Positions 19,539 to 30,330 of a stretch of DNA of 64,000 nucleotides are shown one piece after another (position 1 is the stretch's first letter; each line of letters begins with the position of its first letter). The stretch is from an uncultured Devosia sp. GTDB lineage: Bacteria; Pseudomonadota; Alphaproteobacteria; Rhizobiales; Devosiaceae. The DNA lies in contig CBFGTF010000002.1 of assembly GCA_965651655.1 (NCBI GenBank), positions 24,865 through 88,864 on the forward strand. The letters are read 5' to 3'. Made by a program: the position numbers and the translations under genes. A model generated the notes under the pieces. That model saw nothing but the letters and a program-made list of their open reading frames with translations, was not told where the DNA came from and searched no databases.

Positions 19539-20411
19539 CTAAGCATCGAGGTTCTTCCCCACGGCACGCATCAGGAAGATGGCGACGATATTGGCGATGA
19601 TGACGGCGACCACGCCGCCGGCGGAACCGGCGCCGATATCGTTGGAGAGGATGCCGGTGCGGAAGACGAGGAAGGCGATATTGGTCGAGGCGTAGCCCGG
19701 GCCGCCGCCGGTGGTGACGCGAATCTCGGCGAAGATGCCGAGGAGGAAGATGGTCTGGATCAGGATCACGATGGTGATCGCCCGGGCCATGTGGGGCAGG
19801 ATGATGTAGCGGAAGCGGTTGATGGCCTTGGCGCCATCCATCTCGGCGGCCTCGCGCTGTTCCTCGGAGAGCGATTGCAGGGCGGTGAGCAGAATCAGCG
19901 TGGCGAAGGGCAGCCATTGCCAGGCGACGATGACGATGACCGAGAACAGCGGATATTGCGCGAACCAGTCAACGGGCTGGAGGCCGAAGAATTTCCAAAG
20001 ATGCCCGAGCATGCCGTAGCCGGGATGCATGAAGCCGTTTTTCCAGATCAGCGCGGCGACGGGCGGCATGACGAAGAAGGGCGAGATGACCAGGATGCGC
20101 AGGATGCCCTGGCCCCAGATGGGCTGATCGAGCAGGAGCGCGAGAAATGTGCCGCCGATGACGGTGATCAGCAGCACACCGCCGACCAGGAGCAGGGTAT
20201 TGACCAGGGCCTGGGTGAAACTGGGATCACCGATGACATAGGCATAGTTCCCCCAGCCGGCAAAGCCGGTCATCATCGGGTTGATGAGGCTGTAGTTCTG
20301 GAACGAGAACCACAGGGTCATGGCCAGGGGTACGGCCATCCAGATGAGCAGCACGATAACGGCAGGTGCCATCATTACGCGCGCCAGGGTGCGGGTCTGC
20401 CGGGTCGCCAT
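19539..20411 (-). CDS. smoF: Polyol ABC permease
   Basis: MATRQTRTLARVMMAP start after GAGGA; EAAEMDGA loop. Confidence 0.88.
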   Translation of the reverse strand: MATRQTRTLARVMMAPAVIVLLIWMAVPLAMTLWFSFQNYSLINPMMTGFAGWGNYAYVIGDPSFTQALVNTLLLVGGVLLITVIGGTFLALLLDQPIWGQGILRILVISPFFVMPPVAALIWKNGFMHPGYGMLGHLWKFFGLQPVDWFAQYPLFSVIVIVAWQWLPFATLILLTALQSLSEEQREAAEMDGAKAINRFRYIILPHMARAITIVILIQTIFLLGIFAEIRVTTGGGPGYASTNIAFLVFRTGILSNDIGAGSAGGVVAVIIANIVAIFLMRAVGKNLDA

Positions 20412-20447
20412 TTCGTCCTCGCCCATACGGTGATGCTGAGGCTTCTC

Positions 20448-20546
20448 GCCCCCTCCCCCTTGAGGGGAGGGCCGGGGAGGGGGTGGCGCAGTGGTCCACT
20501 GTTGGACCCCCACCCTCAATCCCTCCCCTCAAGGGGGAGGGAGGCG
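20448..20546. repeat. REP doublet copy 4
   Basis: CCCTCCCCCTTGAGGGGAGGG ... CCCTCCCCTCAAGGGGGAGGGAGGC with a shorter spacer. Confidence 0.88.
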
Positions 20547-20629
20547 ATAGAGCCGCAAGTTTTCGATCTTGAAGGCCCGCCCGGCCGATCCTGAGGGAGA
20601 TCGGTCGAGCGGTCGTCGTCGGGAGGAGC

Positions 20630-21940
20630 CTACTTGATATAACCTGCGCGGGTCATGTCGCGGGTGGTGGCGTCCTGGGCCTGGGCCAGGGCGTCGTCAG
20701 CCGACATCTGACCAGCCAGAGCGGCCGAGAAAAGCTGGCCGACATTGGTGGCGATGCCGGCAAATTCGGGGATGGCCACGAACTGCACGCCGACATAGGG
20801 CACCGGCTGGACGGTCGGCTGGGTCGGGTCAGCCGCGTAGATGGAGCCCAGGGTCATGTCCGCGAAGGGGGCGGCAGCCTGGTATTCCGGGTTCTCGTAG
20901 AGCGAGATGCGCGTGCCCGGGGGAACATTGGCCCAGCCTTCCTCGGCGGCGACCATGGCGAGATAGTCCTTGCTGGTTGCCCAGTTGATGAACTGCTCGG
21001 CCGCATCGGCATTCTGCGAGGATGCGGGGATGGCCAGCGACCAGGCCCAGAGCCAGTTGCCACGCTTGCCAAGGCCATTGTCGGGCGCGAGGGCAAAGCC
21101 GACCTTGTCGGCTACGGTGGAGTCTGCGGGGTTGGTGACAAAGGAGGCCGCCACGGTGGCGTCGATCCACATGCCGCACTTGCCCTGCTGGAACAGGGTC
21201 AGGTTTTCGTTGAAGCCGTTGGAGGAAGCGCCGGCGGGACCGGCATCGGCCATCAGGGAAAGATAGGTGTCGAGCGTTGCCTTCCATTCCGGGCTGTCGA
21301 ACTGGGGCTTCCAGTCCTCGTCGAACCAGCGGGCGCCGTAGGAGTTGGACATGGCGGTGAGGAAGGCCATGTTCTCGCCCCAGCCGGCCTTGCCGCGCAG
21401 GCAGATGCCGTTGATGTCATTGGCGCGATCGGTCATGGCGCGGGCGGCCTCGCCGATGAATTCCCAGGTCGGGGCTTCGGGCATTTCAAGGCCGGCAGCT
21501 TCCATCAGGTCGGTGCGATACATGATGAAGGAGCTCTCGCCATAGAAGGGCGCGGCATAGAGCTTGCCATCCACCGAGAGGCCGCCGCGGATCGGGGGCA
21601 GCAGGTCGTCGATGTCGTAATCGGCGTCGGCGGCCAGACCGTCGAGGGGCTTGAGCCAGCCCTGACCGGCCCAGATCGGCGCTTCATAGGTGCCGATGGT
21701 CATGATGTCGTACTGGCCGCCATTGGTGGCGATGTCCGTCGTCACATTCTGGCGCAGCGTGTTCTCTTCCAGAACCACCCAGTTCAGCTCGATGCCGGTT
21801 TCTTCGGTGAAGGCGCCGGACAGGCCCTGCATGCGGATCATGTCGCCATTGTTCACGGTGGCAATGGTGAGCGTCTGCGCAGAAGCGGTGCCGACGAGGG
21901 CGAGCATGAAGGCGCCCGCGTAAAGGGGTGTCAGTTTCAT
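20630..21940 (-). CDS. smoE: Polyol ABC substrate-binding protein
   Basis: Signal peptide; TIATVNNGDMIRMQ, WLWAWSLAIP, VPYVGVQFVAIPEF. Confidence 0.92.
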   Translation of the reverse strand: MKLTPLYAGAFMLALVGTASAQTLTIATVNNGDMIRMQGLSGAFTEETGIELNWVVLEENTLRQNVTTDIATNGGQYDIMTIGTYEAPIWAGQGWLKPLDGLAADADYDIDDLLPPIRGGLSVDGKLYAAPFYGESSFIMYRTDLMEAAGLEMPEAPTWEFIGEAARAMTDRANDINGICLRGKAGWGENMAFLTAMSNSYGARWFDEDWKPQFDSPEWKATLDTYLSLMADAGPAGASSNGFNENLTLFQQGKCGMWIDATVAASFVTNPADSTVADKVGFALAPDNGLGKRGNWLWAWSLAIPASSQNADAAEQFINWATSKDYLAMVAAEEGWANVPPGTRISLYENPEYQAAAPFADMTLGSIYAADPTQPTVQPVPYVGVQFVAIPEFAGIATNVGQLFSAALAGQMSADDALAQAQDATTRDMTRAGYIK

Positions 21941-21962
21941 CTATATCCTCCCAGATACCGAA

Positions 21963-21998
21963 GCGGGCATTTGCTTCGGCTGTGAGCAAATGTTCACA
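21963..21998. promoter_or_regulatory. Putative SmoC operator(s)
   Basis: Imperfect palindrome TGTGAGCAAATGTTCACA (21981-21998) plus a second CATTTGCT copy just upstream of smoE. Confidence 0.55.
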
Positions 21999-22144
21999 AA
22001 TCGCGTATGCGAGTCAAGCGCAGTTTTTCTCGATTGACTGGCGTACGTGCTTCATTGCCGGCCTTCCGGGTCGAGGCGTGGACCCGAAAATGCCCTGGGC
22101 ACTTAATGGAAAATCTGACTAATGCTCGAGTCCAGAGCCTGCGC

Positions 22145-22582
22145 TCAGGTGAGTTCCTCGGCCAGGCCCAGCAGCAGGCCCTCGGGGCCGCGGATGTAGC
22201 AGAGCCTGTAAACGTCTTGATAATTGACGATCTCACCGACCATCTGGGCGTCGCAGGCGCGCAGCCTTTGCAGCGTTTCGTCGAGATCGTCCACGGTGAA
22301 CATGGCGCGCAGATAGCCCAAGGCATTGACCGGGGCGGTGCGGTGATCGGCAATGACCTGCGGGGCAAGAAAGCGCGAAAGTTCAAGCCGGCTGTGGCCG
22401 TCGGGCGTGCGCATCATGGCAATCTCGACCTGCTGGTTGCCCAGCCCGGTCACGCGCCCGGCCCATTCGCCTTCGATCATGGCGCGCCCTTCGAGCTGCA
22501 GGCCGAGTTCGCAGAAGAACTGGATCGCTCGGTCGAGGTCTTCGACGACGATCCCGATATTGTCCATGCGCTTGAGCGCCAT
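22145..22582 (-). CDS. VOC/glyoxalase family protein
   Basis: MDNIGIVVEDL...LCYIRGPEG. Confidence 0.88.
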   Translation of the reverse strand: MALKRMDNIGIVVEDLDRAIQFFCELGLQLEGRAMIEGEWAGRVTGLGNQQVEIAMMRTPDGHSRLELSRFLAPQVIADHRTAPVNALGYLRAMFTVDDLDETLQRLRACDAQMVGEIVNYQDVYRLCYIRGPEGLLLGLAEELT

Positions 22583-22645
22583 AGGCCTGTCTCCCTGGAT
22601 GAGTTCAGCCCGACGCGGCGAGCCGCGCCTGGGCCGCGAAGAGTA

Positions 22646-23011
22646 CTAGTAATTGGCGCCGCCCGCGATTTCGCGGATTTCGAGAATCAAGTCCGACAGG
22701 CCGTTGTCGATATGCATCTGCAAAAACTCGCCAGCCAGCCTGGTTGCGGCATCAAGATCGGGGGCCTCGAAGACGGCGTAGCCGCCGAGTACTTCCTTGG
22801 CTTCGGCAAAGGGGCCGTCGGTGACTACGGCTTCGCCGGTCCGGCCGATCAGCCGCTTGCCCTGGCTGGCGGGCGTGAGGCCGCCGGTCGAGACCAGGGC
22901 GCCGGAGGCCAGGTTCTTTTCGATCCACGGTCCCATGGCGTCCATCAGGCCCTGGGACACCTGTTCGGGCTTGAGGTCGGCGGGCGGGATGATGCTCATG
23001 AAATAGCGCAT
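22646..23011 (-). CDS. YciI/DGPF family protein
   Basis: VTDGPFAEAKEVLGGY. Confidence 0.88.
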   Translation of the reverse strand: MRYFMSIIPPADLKPEQVSQGLMDAMGPWIEKNLASGALVSTGGLTPASQGKRLIGRTGEAVVTDGPFAEAKEVLGGYAVFEAPDLDAATRLAGEFLQMHIDNGLSDLILEIREIAGGANY

Positions 23012-23140
23012 AGGATAGCTCCTGGTTGATGGATTGAGCTGACGTCGTTCACAGACAAGACGGTTGACCAAAGCCGGGATCGACATGGCGGGGGAGTTTT
23101 TTCAATGTCACAGCCGCGGGGGGCGGCGAGTGCGCAGCGC

Positions 23141-24094
23141 TCAGCCCAGCAGCAGTTCGGCGGTGCGCTCGTCGGTGATCAGGCCATTGGCCAGGCGCCT
23201 TGTGAGCGCAGCGCGGATGGCGGCGCTCTTGGCGGGGCCCATGGCCAGAGCGATGACGAGGCCGTTTTCACGGCTGGGGATAGGGGCCGAGGCGACGCGC
23301 TCATTGGTCAGGCCATCGATCAGCCGCCCTTCGGCGTCGAAGGCCCAGCCGCAGATTTCGCCGACAGCGCCGGCCTTCTGCAGCGCCTTGTGCTCAGCCT
23401 CGGTAATAAAGCCATCAAGCAGGAGGGGCGCGTCGGGACCCAGATGGCCGATACCGACAAAGGTAATATTGGCGCGCGCCGCCAGATCGAGCGTGGAGGC
23501 TATCATGGGCTGGGTGTGCAGCAGTTCGCGCTCGCGGGCGGAGGAGGCAATAACCGGCAGGGGCATGGGAAAGCTGCGGGCCTTGACCGTGTCGGCCACG
23601 TTGAAGATGACGTTGTAGAAGGCGGCCGAGCCGTCGGGGGCAATATTGCCGGTGAGCGACACCACCTTGTGATGCGGGCAGTCCATGGGCTGGAGTTGCT
23701 CGATGGCGGCCTTGAGCGTACGGCCGGTGCCGATAGCCATGACCAGGGGATCGGGCGCGCGCAGGCAGCGCTCGATTTCGGCAGCGCCGGCCTCGGCCAC
23801 GCCGATGGTGGTGGAGGCGCTGCCGGGGTCCGATGGCACGACCTCGCAATGGTCGAGGCCGTAGCGGGTGCGCAGTCGCTCGGCCAGGTCCAGGCAATGC
23901 CCGATGGGGTGGTCGAGCCGGACCTTGATCAGGCCCTCGCTGACCGACAGGGAGACGAGACGCTGCGCGGACTGGCGCGAAATGCCCATCTTGGCAGCGA
24001 TCTCTTCCTGCGTGTTGCCGGCCACATAATAGAGCCAGCCGGCCCGGGCGGCATCGTCCAGACGAGTCGCATTGTTGTCGGTTCGCGCAGCCAT
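23141..24094 (-). CDS. smoC: SorC/DeoR-type sugar-binding regulator (SmoC-like)
   Basis: AGWLYYVAGNTQEEIA HTH; GAVGEICG; LITDE. Confidence 0.85.
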   Translation of the reverse strand: MAARTDNNATRLDDAARAGWLYYVAGNTQEEIAAKMGISRQSAQRLVSLSVSEGLIKVRLDHPIGHCLDLAERLRTRYGLDHCEVVPSDPGSASTTIGVAEAGAAEIERCLRAPDPLVMAIGTGRTLKAAIEQLQPMDCPHHKVVSLTGNIAPDGSAAFYNVIFNVADTVKARSFPMPLPVIASSARERELLHTQPMIASTLDLAARANITFVGIGHLGPDAPLLLDGFITEAEHKALQKAGAVGEICGWAFDAEGRLIDGLTNERVASAPIPSRENGLVIALAMGPAKSAAIRAALTRRLANGLITDERTAELLLG

Positions 24095-24154
24095 CGGCCC
24101 CTCGTGGTGATCTTGCCGCGATTATTGCGATACAGCGACAAGCCGCAAGGGTGA

Positions 24155-24925
24155 TTACCGCGCGCGGGGCCGGGCGGGGCGATCGGCCATGCTGGAGAGG
24201 GCATTGCGGATGTCGCGTTCGGTGTCCTTGAGGTGGAGCCGCATGGCCTCGCCGGCGGCCCGGCCATTGCCGTCCTTGATGCAGTCGAGAATGCGCTGAT
24301 GTGCGGCGAGGGTGTCAAACAGGGTATGGCCGCGATTGGCGTGACCGCGCCGGCTGATCTGGATGCCCTGGCGGAGCGGCACGGCCATGGCCTCGAACAG
24401 GTAACCCATAATGCGGTTGCCGCTGGCAAGGGCCACCGCTTCGTGGAATCCGACGTCGAAATCGTGAAAGCGCCGGTCGGCCTCCGGATCATTGGCAATA
24501 GCGGCCTCGGCATTGTCGCGCATGCCCAGCAGGGCGCTTTCAATGGCGGCGATGCCGGCACGGCTGGCGCGCTTGGCCGCCAGGGTGGCGCATTGAACCT
24601 CCAATGACAGACGTACCTCAACAAGGTCAAAAAGACCCTTGGAATCGTTGTGCAGCATGGATGTCAGGAAGTCGGCAAAGGCGGCGCCATCCGGTTCGCG
24701 CACGACAGCGCGGCGGCCACGCGCCAGCTCCAAAAGCCCGCGGCCTGCCAATAGCTTGACTGCCTCGCGGATGGTCAGCCGGCTCACTGCAAAGCGATCA
24801 GCAAGATCGGCCTCGCTGGGCAGGCTGGCGCCGGGTGTCAGTTCGGTCAGGATTTCGTTTGCCAGATCATCGGCAACCGTATTGGCGGCACTCAGATGAT
24901 CAGGCCGGTTTTCTCCGGTCCTAAT
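24155..24925 (-). CDS. FadR/GntR family regulator with probable ATT start
   Basis: wHTH LPSEADLADRFAVSRLTIREA extends upstream of the GTG at 24787; FCD domain; SD AGGGAGGA 6 nt before ATT. Confidence 0.85.
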   Translation of the reverse strand: MRTGENRPDHLSAANTVADDLANEILTELTPGASLPSEADLADRFAVSRLTIREAVKLLAGRGLLELARGRRAVVREPDGAAFADFLTSMLHNDSKGLFDLVEVRLSLEVQCATLAAKRASRAGIAAIESALLGMRDNAEAAIANDPEADRRFHDFDVGFHEAVALASGNRIMGYLFEAMAVPLRQGIQISRRGHANRGHTLFDTLAAHQRILDCIKDGNGRAAGEAMRLHLKDTERDIRNALSSMADRPARPRAR

Positions 24926-24939
24926 GGTATATCCTCCCT

Positions 24940-24958
24940 AAAGGTATCTGATACCTTT
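24940..24958. promoter_or_regulatory. FadR-type operator palindrome
   Basis: Perfect AAAGGTATC-T-GATACCTTT abutting the regulator's SD. Confidence 0.7.
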
Positions 24959-25373
24959 TAACTGTTGTGGTCTTTTTCACGACCCATTGCAACAGCTCCT
25001 CCTGCGGATTTGGTGACCATAGCCATAGCCAAGGGGGCCAGCAAGCGGGCGTGTCATTTTATTGCAGGAGTCGAAAAAATATGGCGCCCGCGCGACTCGA
25101 TGCTTTACAGGCCTGTCTGATTAATCTAGCGTCCGGCCCATGGGCTTGGGAGAGTCCATGGCGACAATAATGTCGTCCGTGCCGGAGGACTTCATGCAGA
25201 TCCGAGCGGCGATGCCCCAGGGTGTCGGCCCCATCAGATGCGGCGCAAGTCGGCATCCGTTGTCATGCCCGTGTGGCCATGGCGGGCGGGGCCGGGCCGT
25301 CGGCACTGCCTGAATTTCCCGAACCCAGAAGACCATAAACAACCAATCTCGAATATTTTTAGGGAGTCGAGAC

Positions 25374-26450
25374 GTGAAGGTTCTCAAATCAATCGCGACG
25401 CTGGTCGCTGCCGGTGCCGTTCTGGCCACCGCCGCAACGGGCGCCTTTGCCCAGGACAAGGGTCTCATCGGCGTCGCCATGCCGACCTCGTCCTCGCTGC
25501 GCTGGATCTCGGACGGCAATGAGCTCAAGACTGCCCTGGAAGGCATGGGCTATTCGGTCGACCTGCAGTTCGCAGAAGACGATATTCCGAACCAGCTGGC
25601 CCAGGTCGAGAACATGGTCACCAAGGGCGCCAAGGCCCTCGTGATCGGTTCGATCGACGGCACCACGCTGTCGGCCGTGCTGCAGAACGCCGCCGACCAG
25701 GGCGTCAAGGTCATTGCCTATGACCGCCTGATCCGCGACAGCGCCAATGTCGACTACTACACCACTTTCGACAACTTCCAGGTGGGCGTGCTCCAGGCCA
25801 ACAGCCTGGTCAAGGGCCTTGAAGAACGCTTTGCCGATCAGAAGCCCTGGAATGTCGAACTCTTCGGCGGTTCGCCGGACGACAACAATGCCTTCTTCTT
25901 CTATGACGGCGCCATGGCCGTGCTTCAGCCGATGATCGACGCTGGTGACATCGTCATCAAGTCGGGCCAGCAGGGCATGGAGCAGGTCGGTACGCTGCGT
26001 TGGGACGGTGCCGTTGCACAGGCCCGCATGGACAACATCCTGTCGGCCAACTACTCGGACGGCAGCCGTGTCCACGGCGTTCTGGCTCCCTATGACGGCC
26101 TGTCGCGCGGCATCATCTCGTCGCTCCGCGGCGTTGGCTATGGCTCGGGCGACCTGAGCTGGCCGATCATCACCGGTCAGGACGCTGAAGTCCCGTCCGT
26201 CAAGGCGATCATCGCCGGCGAGCAGTATTCGACCGTGTTCAAGGACACGCGCGAACTGGCTCAGTACACCGCCCAGCTGATCGACACCGTGCTGTCGGGC
26301 AACGAGCCGGGTGGCCTGGACACCACCACCTATGACAATGGCGTCAAGGTCGTGCCCTCGATCCTGCTGACCCCGTACGAAGTCGACGTGACCAACTACG
26401 AAGAACGCGTGATCGCTTCGGGCTATATCAAGGCCGAAGAACTGCAGTAA
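25374..26450 (+). CDS. chvE: Multiple monosaccharide-binding protein ChvE
   Basis: [50 protein letters not shown]. Confidence 0.92.
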   Translation: MKVLKSIATLVAAGAVLATAATGAFAQDKGLIGVAMPTSSSLRWISDGNELKTALEGMGYSVDLQFAEDDIPNQLAQVENMVTKGAKALVIGSIDGTTLSAVLQNAADQGVKVIAYDRLIRDSANVDYYTTFDNFQVGVLQANSLVKGLEERFADQKPWNVELFGGSPDDNNAFFFYDGAMAVLQPMIDAGDIVIKSGQQGMEQVGTLRWDGAVAQARMDNILSANYSDGSRVHGVLAPYDGLSRGIISSLRGVGYGSGDLSWPIITGQDAEVPSVKAIIAGEQYSTVFKDTRELAQYTAQLIDTVLSGNEPGGLDTTTYDNGVKVVPSILLTPYEVDVTNYEERVIASGYIKAEELQ

Positions 26451-26464
26451 TCTGCAAGACCCAA

Positions 26465-26496
26465 GAGAGGGCTCCGCCATCTGGCGGAGCCCTTTC
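26465..26496 (+). terminator. Intercistronic hairpin after chvE
   Basis: AGGGCTCCGCCA-TC-TGGCGGAGCCCT-TT. Confidence 0.65.
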
Positions 26497-26617
26497 CCGA
26501 TTTTCCGCAAGACCTCGCGGCCGCTCTCTTCTATCCTGGGGAGTGATCAGGAGGTCGGGTTCGTAGAGGCCTGTCCTTGTCGAATCCTTGACAGGTCACT
26601 GAAATGACAGGGTCAGC

Positions 26618-28150
26618 ATGACCAAGACCATTCTGGAGATGCGCAGCATCACCAAGACTTTCCCCGGCGTCAAAGCGCTGTCGGACGTCAACCTCGACGT
26701 GCGGGAAGGCGAAATCCACGCCATCTGCGGCGAGAACGGGGCCGGCAAATCCACCCTGATGAAGGTGCTGAGCGGGGTCTACCCAGCGGGATCCTATGAA
26801 GGGCAGATCGTCTACAAGGGCGAGGAACAGCACTTCAAGTCGATCCGCGACAGCGAGCACAAGGGTATTGTCATCATCCACCAGGAACTGGCGCTGGTGC
26901 CCTTGCTCTCGATTGCCGAGAACATCTTCCTTGGCAATGAACAGGCCAAGGGCGGGGTGATCGACTGGGACGAGACGCGCGATGGCGCGCGCAAACTGCT
27001 CAAGATGGTGGGGCTGAACGAGGACCCCGACACGCTGATCACCAATATCGGCGTGGGCAAGCAGCAATTGGTCGAGATCGCCAAGGCGCTCTCCAAGCAG
27101 GTGCAATTGCTCATTCTGGATGAGCCGACCGCATCGCTCTCGGAAAAGGACAGCCAGGCGCTGCTCGAACTGCTGCTCGAGTTCAAGACCCAGGGCATCA
27201 CCTCGATCATCATCAGCCACAAGCTCAACGAGATTTCCCGCGTCGCCGACCGGGTGACGGTGATCCGCGATGGCCGCACCATCGAAACCATGGATACCGA
27301 GGACATCACCGAGGATCGCATCATCACCTCGATGGTGGGGCGCGCCCTCGAGGACCGCTATCCGGCCCGCACCCCGAAAGTGGGAGATGTGGTGCTGGAG
27401 GTGAAGAACTGGAATGCCTACCATCCGCAGCACCGCGAGCGGCAAATCCTGAAGGACATCAACGTCACCCTGCGCAAGGGCGAGGTGGTCGGCATTGCCG
27501 GACTGATGGGCTCGGGCCGGACGGAATTCGCCATGAGCGTCTTCGGCAAGTCCTATGGGCAGAAGATCAGCGGCGAGGTGCATGTCAACGGCCAGAAGGT
27601 CGACACGTCCTCGGTCGACAAGGCCATCCGCAACGGCATCGCCTATGCCACGGAAGACCGCAAGACCTATGGCCTGAACCTGATCGACCATATCAAGCAC
27701 AATACCACCATCGCCAATCTGCGCGGCATCTCCAGGCTGGGCGTCATCGATGACCTGACCGAGATGGACGTGGCCAATGACTACCGCAAGAAGACCAATA
27801 TCCGCTCGTCCAGCGTCTATCAGGTGGTCGGCAATCTTTCGGGCGGCAACCAGCAGAAGGTCGTGTTGTCCAAATGGCTCTATGCCGATCCGGACGTGCT
27901 CATTCTGGATGAGCCGACCCGCGGCATCGATGTGGGGGCCAAGTACGAAATCTACACGATCATCAACCAGCTCGCCGCGCAGGGCAAGGCGATCCTGGTG
28001 ATCTCGTCGGAAATGTCCGAGCTGCTTGGCATCACCGACCGACTTTACGTTATGAACGAAGGCCGCATCGTGGGCGAAATGCCCACCAGCGAGGCGAGCC
28101 AGGAAAAGATCATGCGCTCCATCGTGCGCGCTGAAGGAAAAGCATCATGA
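26618..28150 (+). CDS. gguA: Monosaccharide ABC ATPase GguA/MmsA
   Basis: Tandem NBDs, [18 protein letters not shown]. Confidence 0.92.
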   Translation: MTKTILEMRSITKTFPGVKALSDVNLDVREGEIHAICGENGAGKSTLMKVLSGVYPAGSYEGQIVYKGEEQHFKSIRDSEHKGIVIIHQELALVPLLSIAENIFLGNEQAKGGVIDWDETRDGARKLLKMVGLNEDPDTLITNIGVGKQQLVEIAKALSKQVQLLILDEPTASLSEKDSQALLELLLEFKTQGITSIIISHKLNEISRVADRVTVIRDGRTIETMDTEDITEDRIITSMVGRALEDRYPARTPKVGDVVLEVKNWNAYHPQHRERQILKDINVTLRKGEVVGIAGLMGSGRTEFAMSVFGKSYGQKISGEVHVNGQKVDTSSVDKAIRNGIAYATEDRKTYGLNLIDHIKHNTTIANLRGISRLGVIDDLTEMDVANDYRKKTNIRSSSVYQVVGNLSGGNQQKVVLSKWLYADPDVLILDEPTRGIDVGAKYEIYTIINQLAAQGKAILVISSEMSELLGITDRLYVMNEGRIVGEMPTSEASQEKIMRSIVRAEGKAS

Positions 28151-29430
28151 CCACCGAAACTGTACCGACCGGAAACAGTCCGGCCGCCCAGCCGGCCCAA
28201 TCCCACGAACTGACCCTGATCGGCGCGCTGCAGGCCAATATGCGCGATTATGGCCTGTTGCTGGCGCTGATCCTGATCATGCTGTTCTTCCAGTATTTCA
28301 CCAATGGCGTGCTGTTCAAGCCGGTGAACCTGACCAATATCATCCTGCAGAACAGCTATATCATCGTGATGGCGCTGGGCATGCTGCTGGTCATCGTGGC
28401 CGGGCATATCGACCTTTCGGTCGGCTCGGTGTCCGGCTTTGTCGGGGCCCTGGCGGCCATGCTGATGGTGGGCTGGGATTTCCCGCCCGAGTTGGCCTTC
28501 CTTGCCCATCCGCTGGTTGCGGGCGCCATCTGTCTGGTGGCCGGCGCTGCCATCGGCGCGGCGCAGGGCTATATCATTGCCTATCACCGGGTCCCGGCCT
28601 TCATCGTGACGCTGGCCGGCATGCTGATCTTCAAGGGACTGTCGCTGGCGATCCTCGCCGGCAAGTCGGTGGGACCATTCCCGGCCGAGTTCCAGATGCT
28701 TTCGGCCGGTTTCATTCCCGACATCATCGGACCCACGACGATGCCGTGGCTGGCCGAGAACGGGCAGAACGTGGTGCTGCACACCACCTCCATGGTCATC
28801 GCCATTCTGGCGATTGTGGGCATGGTGTTCTTCTCGATCCGCACCCGCGGGCGCCGCATCAGTCGCGGCTACAATGTCGAGCCGTTCAGCCTCTTCATCA
28901 TCAAGAACGTGGTCATCACCGTGATGGTGCTGTTCTTTGCCTATATGCTCGCGTCCTATCGCGGCCTGCCCAATGTGCTGGTGGTGATGGGTGTGCTGAT
29001 CGCGGGCTTTGTGTTCATGACCAAGCGCCTGACCTTTGGCCGCCGCATCTACGCCCTGGGCGGCAATCTGAAGGCCGCGGCGCTTTCGGGCATCAAGACC
29101 GAGCGCACCACTTTCTACATCTTTGCCATCATGGGCGCGCTGGCGGCCCTGGCCGGCATGATTTATGCGGCCCGTCTCAATTCGGCGACGCCAAAGGCGG
29201 GGCAGGGCCTTGAGCTCGACGTGATTGCGGCCGTGTTCATCGGCGGCGCCTCGGCGCTGGGCGGTGTCGGCCAGGTGGCAGGCGCGGTGATCGGCGCCTT
29301 CATCATGGGCGTGATGAACAACGGCATGTCGATCATGGGCGTCAATATCGACTGGCAGCAGATGATCAAGGGCGTGGTCCTGCTCGCAGCCGTGTTCTTC
29401 GATCTCTACAACAAGAACCGCTCGGCCTGA
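28147..29430 (+). CDS. gguB: Monosaccharide ABC permease GguB/MmsB
   Basis: [20 protein letters not shown]. Confidence 0.92.
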   Translation: MTTETVPTGNSPAAQPAQSHELTLIGALQANMRDYGLLLALILIMLFFQYFTNGVLFKPVNLTNIILQNSYIIVMALGMLLVIVAGHIDLSVGSVSGFVGALAAMLMVGWDFPPELAFLAHPLVAGAICLVAGAAIGAAQGYIIAYHRVPAFIVTLAGMLIFKGLSLAILAGKSVGPFPAEFQMLSAGFIPDIIGPTTMPWLAENGQNVVLHTTSMVIAILAIVGMVFFSIRTRGRRISRGYNVEPFSLFIIKNVVITVMVLFFAYMLASYRGLPNVLVVMGVLIAGFVFMTKRLTFGRRIYALGGNLKAAALSGIKTERTTFYIFAIMGALAALAGMIYAARLNSATPKAGQGLELDVIAAVFIGGASALGGVGQVAGAVIGAFIMGVMNNGMSIMGVNIDWQQMIKGVVLLAAVFFDLYNKNRSA

Positions 29431-29451
29431 TCGTTCGGACCGCAAGTTAGC

Positions 29452-29482
29452 GAGGCCGCCGGAGTGATCCGGCGGCCTTTTT
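29452..29482 (+). terminator. Intrinsic terminator after gguB
   Basis: AGGCCGCCGGA-GTGA-TCCGGCGGCCT-TTTT. Confidence 0.8.
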
Positions 29483-29485
29483 GCG

Positions 29486-30196
29486 TCAGGTGGACGCCAG
29501 CTGGAGTTCGCCGGCATGCAGCAGCACGGCCTTGCCGAAGAGGGTCAGGTCCAGCGGGTTGGGCAGGCGGATGTCGGACAGCGTGGGGCAGGGCGCCAGC
29601 GCTGCGTCAAATGCCCGGTCGACCTGGGAAATGAAGACCAGGATGAGACCGCGTTGCCGCGCGAAGTGCGACAGCGCCTCGATCTGGTCCTGGAGGGGCG
29701 GGTTGTCGCGCCTCTGGTCGAGCAGTTGCAGATAGTCCACCACGGCCAGCGTCCCGGCCGGGGCCTCGCCCATGGCTGCCATGATGTGGCTGGCGCAGAT
29801 GGCATCGGAGCAATCGATGGCCAGCGTCGTGCTGATATTGGCGGGATCGGCGCCCAGTTGGCTGAGCCTCTCGATCACGTCGCGCCGCGTATAGTCGAGG
29901 GTGAAGATATGGGCCTTCCGCCCCGCTGAGGCGGCTTCAAGGGCCAGTTGCAGCGCCAACAGGGTCTTGCCCTGTTGGGGCCGGGCGGCCAGAAGCACCA
30001 GTTCGCCCGCTTGCAGTTCGGCCAGCAATCGGGCGGCCTGCGATTGCCCGGCATGGCGGGCAGCCAAAAGGCTCCAGCTGGAAAAGCCTTGCTGGGCGGC
30101 AATGCCGTCGAGCGCGGCATGGAGCGGAATGGATCGCTCGCGCGCCGTGTCGCGGGCGAGGCGCTTGAGTCGAAATATGGGTGCAGACAGTTTCAT
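29486..30196 (-). CDS. Short DnaB-like RecA-fold ATPase with a small N-terminal helical domain
   Basis: AARPQQGKT Walker A, VVDYLQLL Walker B, FISQVDR; only 236 aa. Confidence 0.85.
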   Translation of the reverse strand: MKLSAPIFRLKRLARDTARERSIPLHAALDGIAAQQGFSSWSLLAARHAGQSQAARLLAELQAGELVLLAARPQQGKTLLALQLALEAASAGRKAHIFTLDYTRRDVIERLSQLGADPANISTTLAIDCSDAICASHIMAAMGEAPAGTLAVVDYLQLLDQRRDNPPLQDQIEALSHFARQRGLILVFISQVDRAFDAALAPCPTLSDIRLPNPLDLTLFGKAVLLHAGELQLAST

Positions 30197-30330
30197 GGTC
30201 AGAACCTCCTGTCGTGAACGAACCGCGCAATCCCTCCTTTTGCTGTCGCACGACGTGTCGGTTTGACGATCATCTGGCCCGGCAGGACAACTGCTTTCCC
30301 GGCGGAGGGGGGAGGCGTGGGCAACGCCAG
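30197..30330 (-). promoter_or_regulatory. Candidate structured 5' leader (cis-regulatory RNA)
   Basis: TATGAT -10 at 30337-30342, anti-SD tract, two GGAGG boxes, alternative GTCGTG/CACGAC pairings. Confidence 0.45.

Noticed and set aside
20412-20519. N-terminal extension of smoF in the ORF track
   Set aside because: It is translated REP sequence; the SD-supported start is at 20411
21981-21998. CRP box
   Set aside because: Spacer is 8 nt rather than 6; better explained as a SmoC-type operator
29486-30196. True replicative helicase dnaB or a prophage marker
   Set aside because: Too short, lacks the DnaB N-terminal domain, and there are no phage or replication genes nearby
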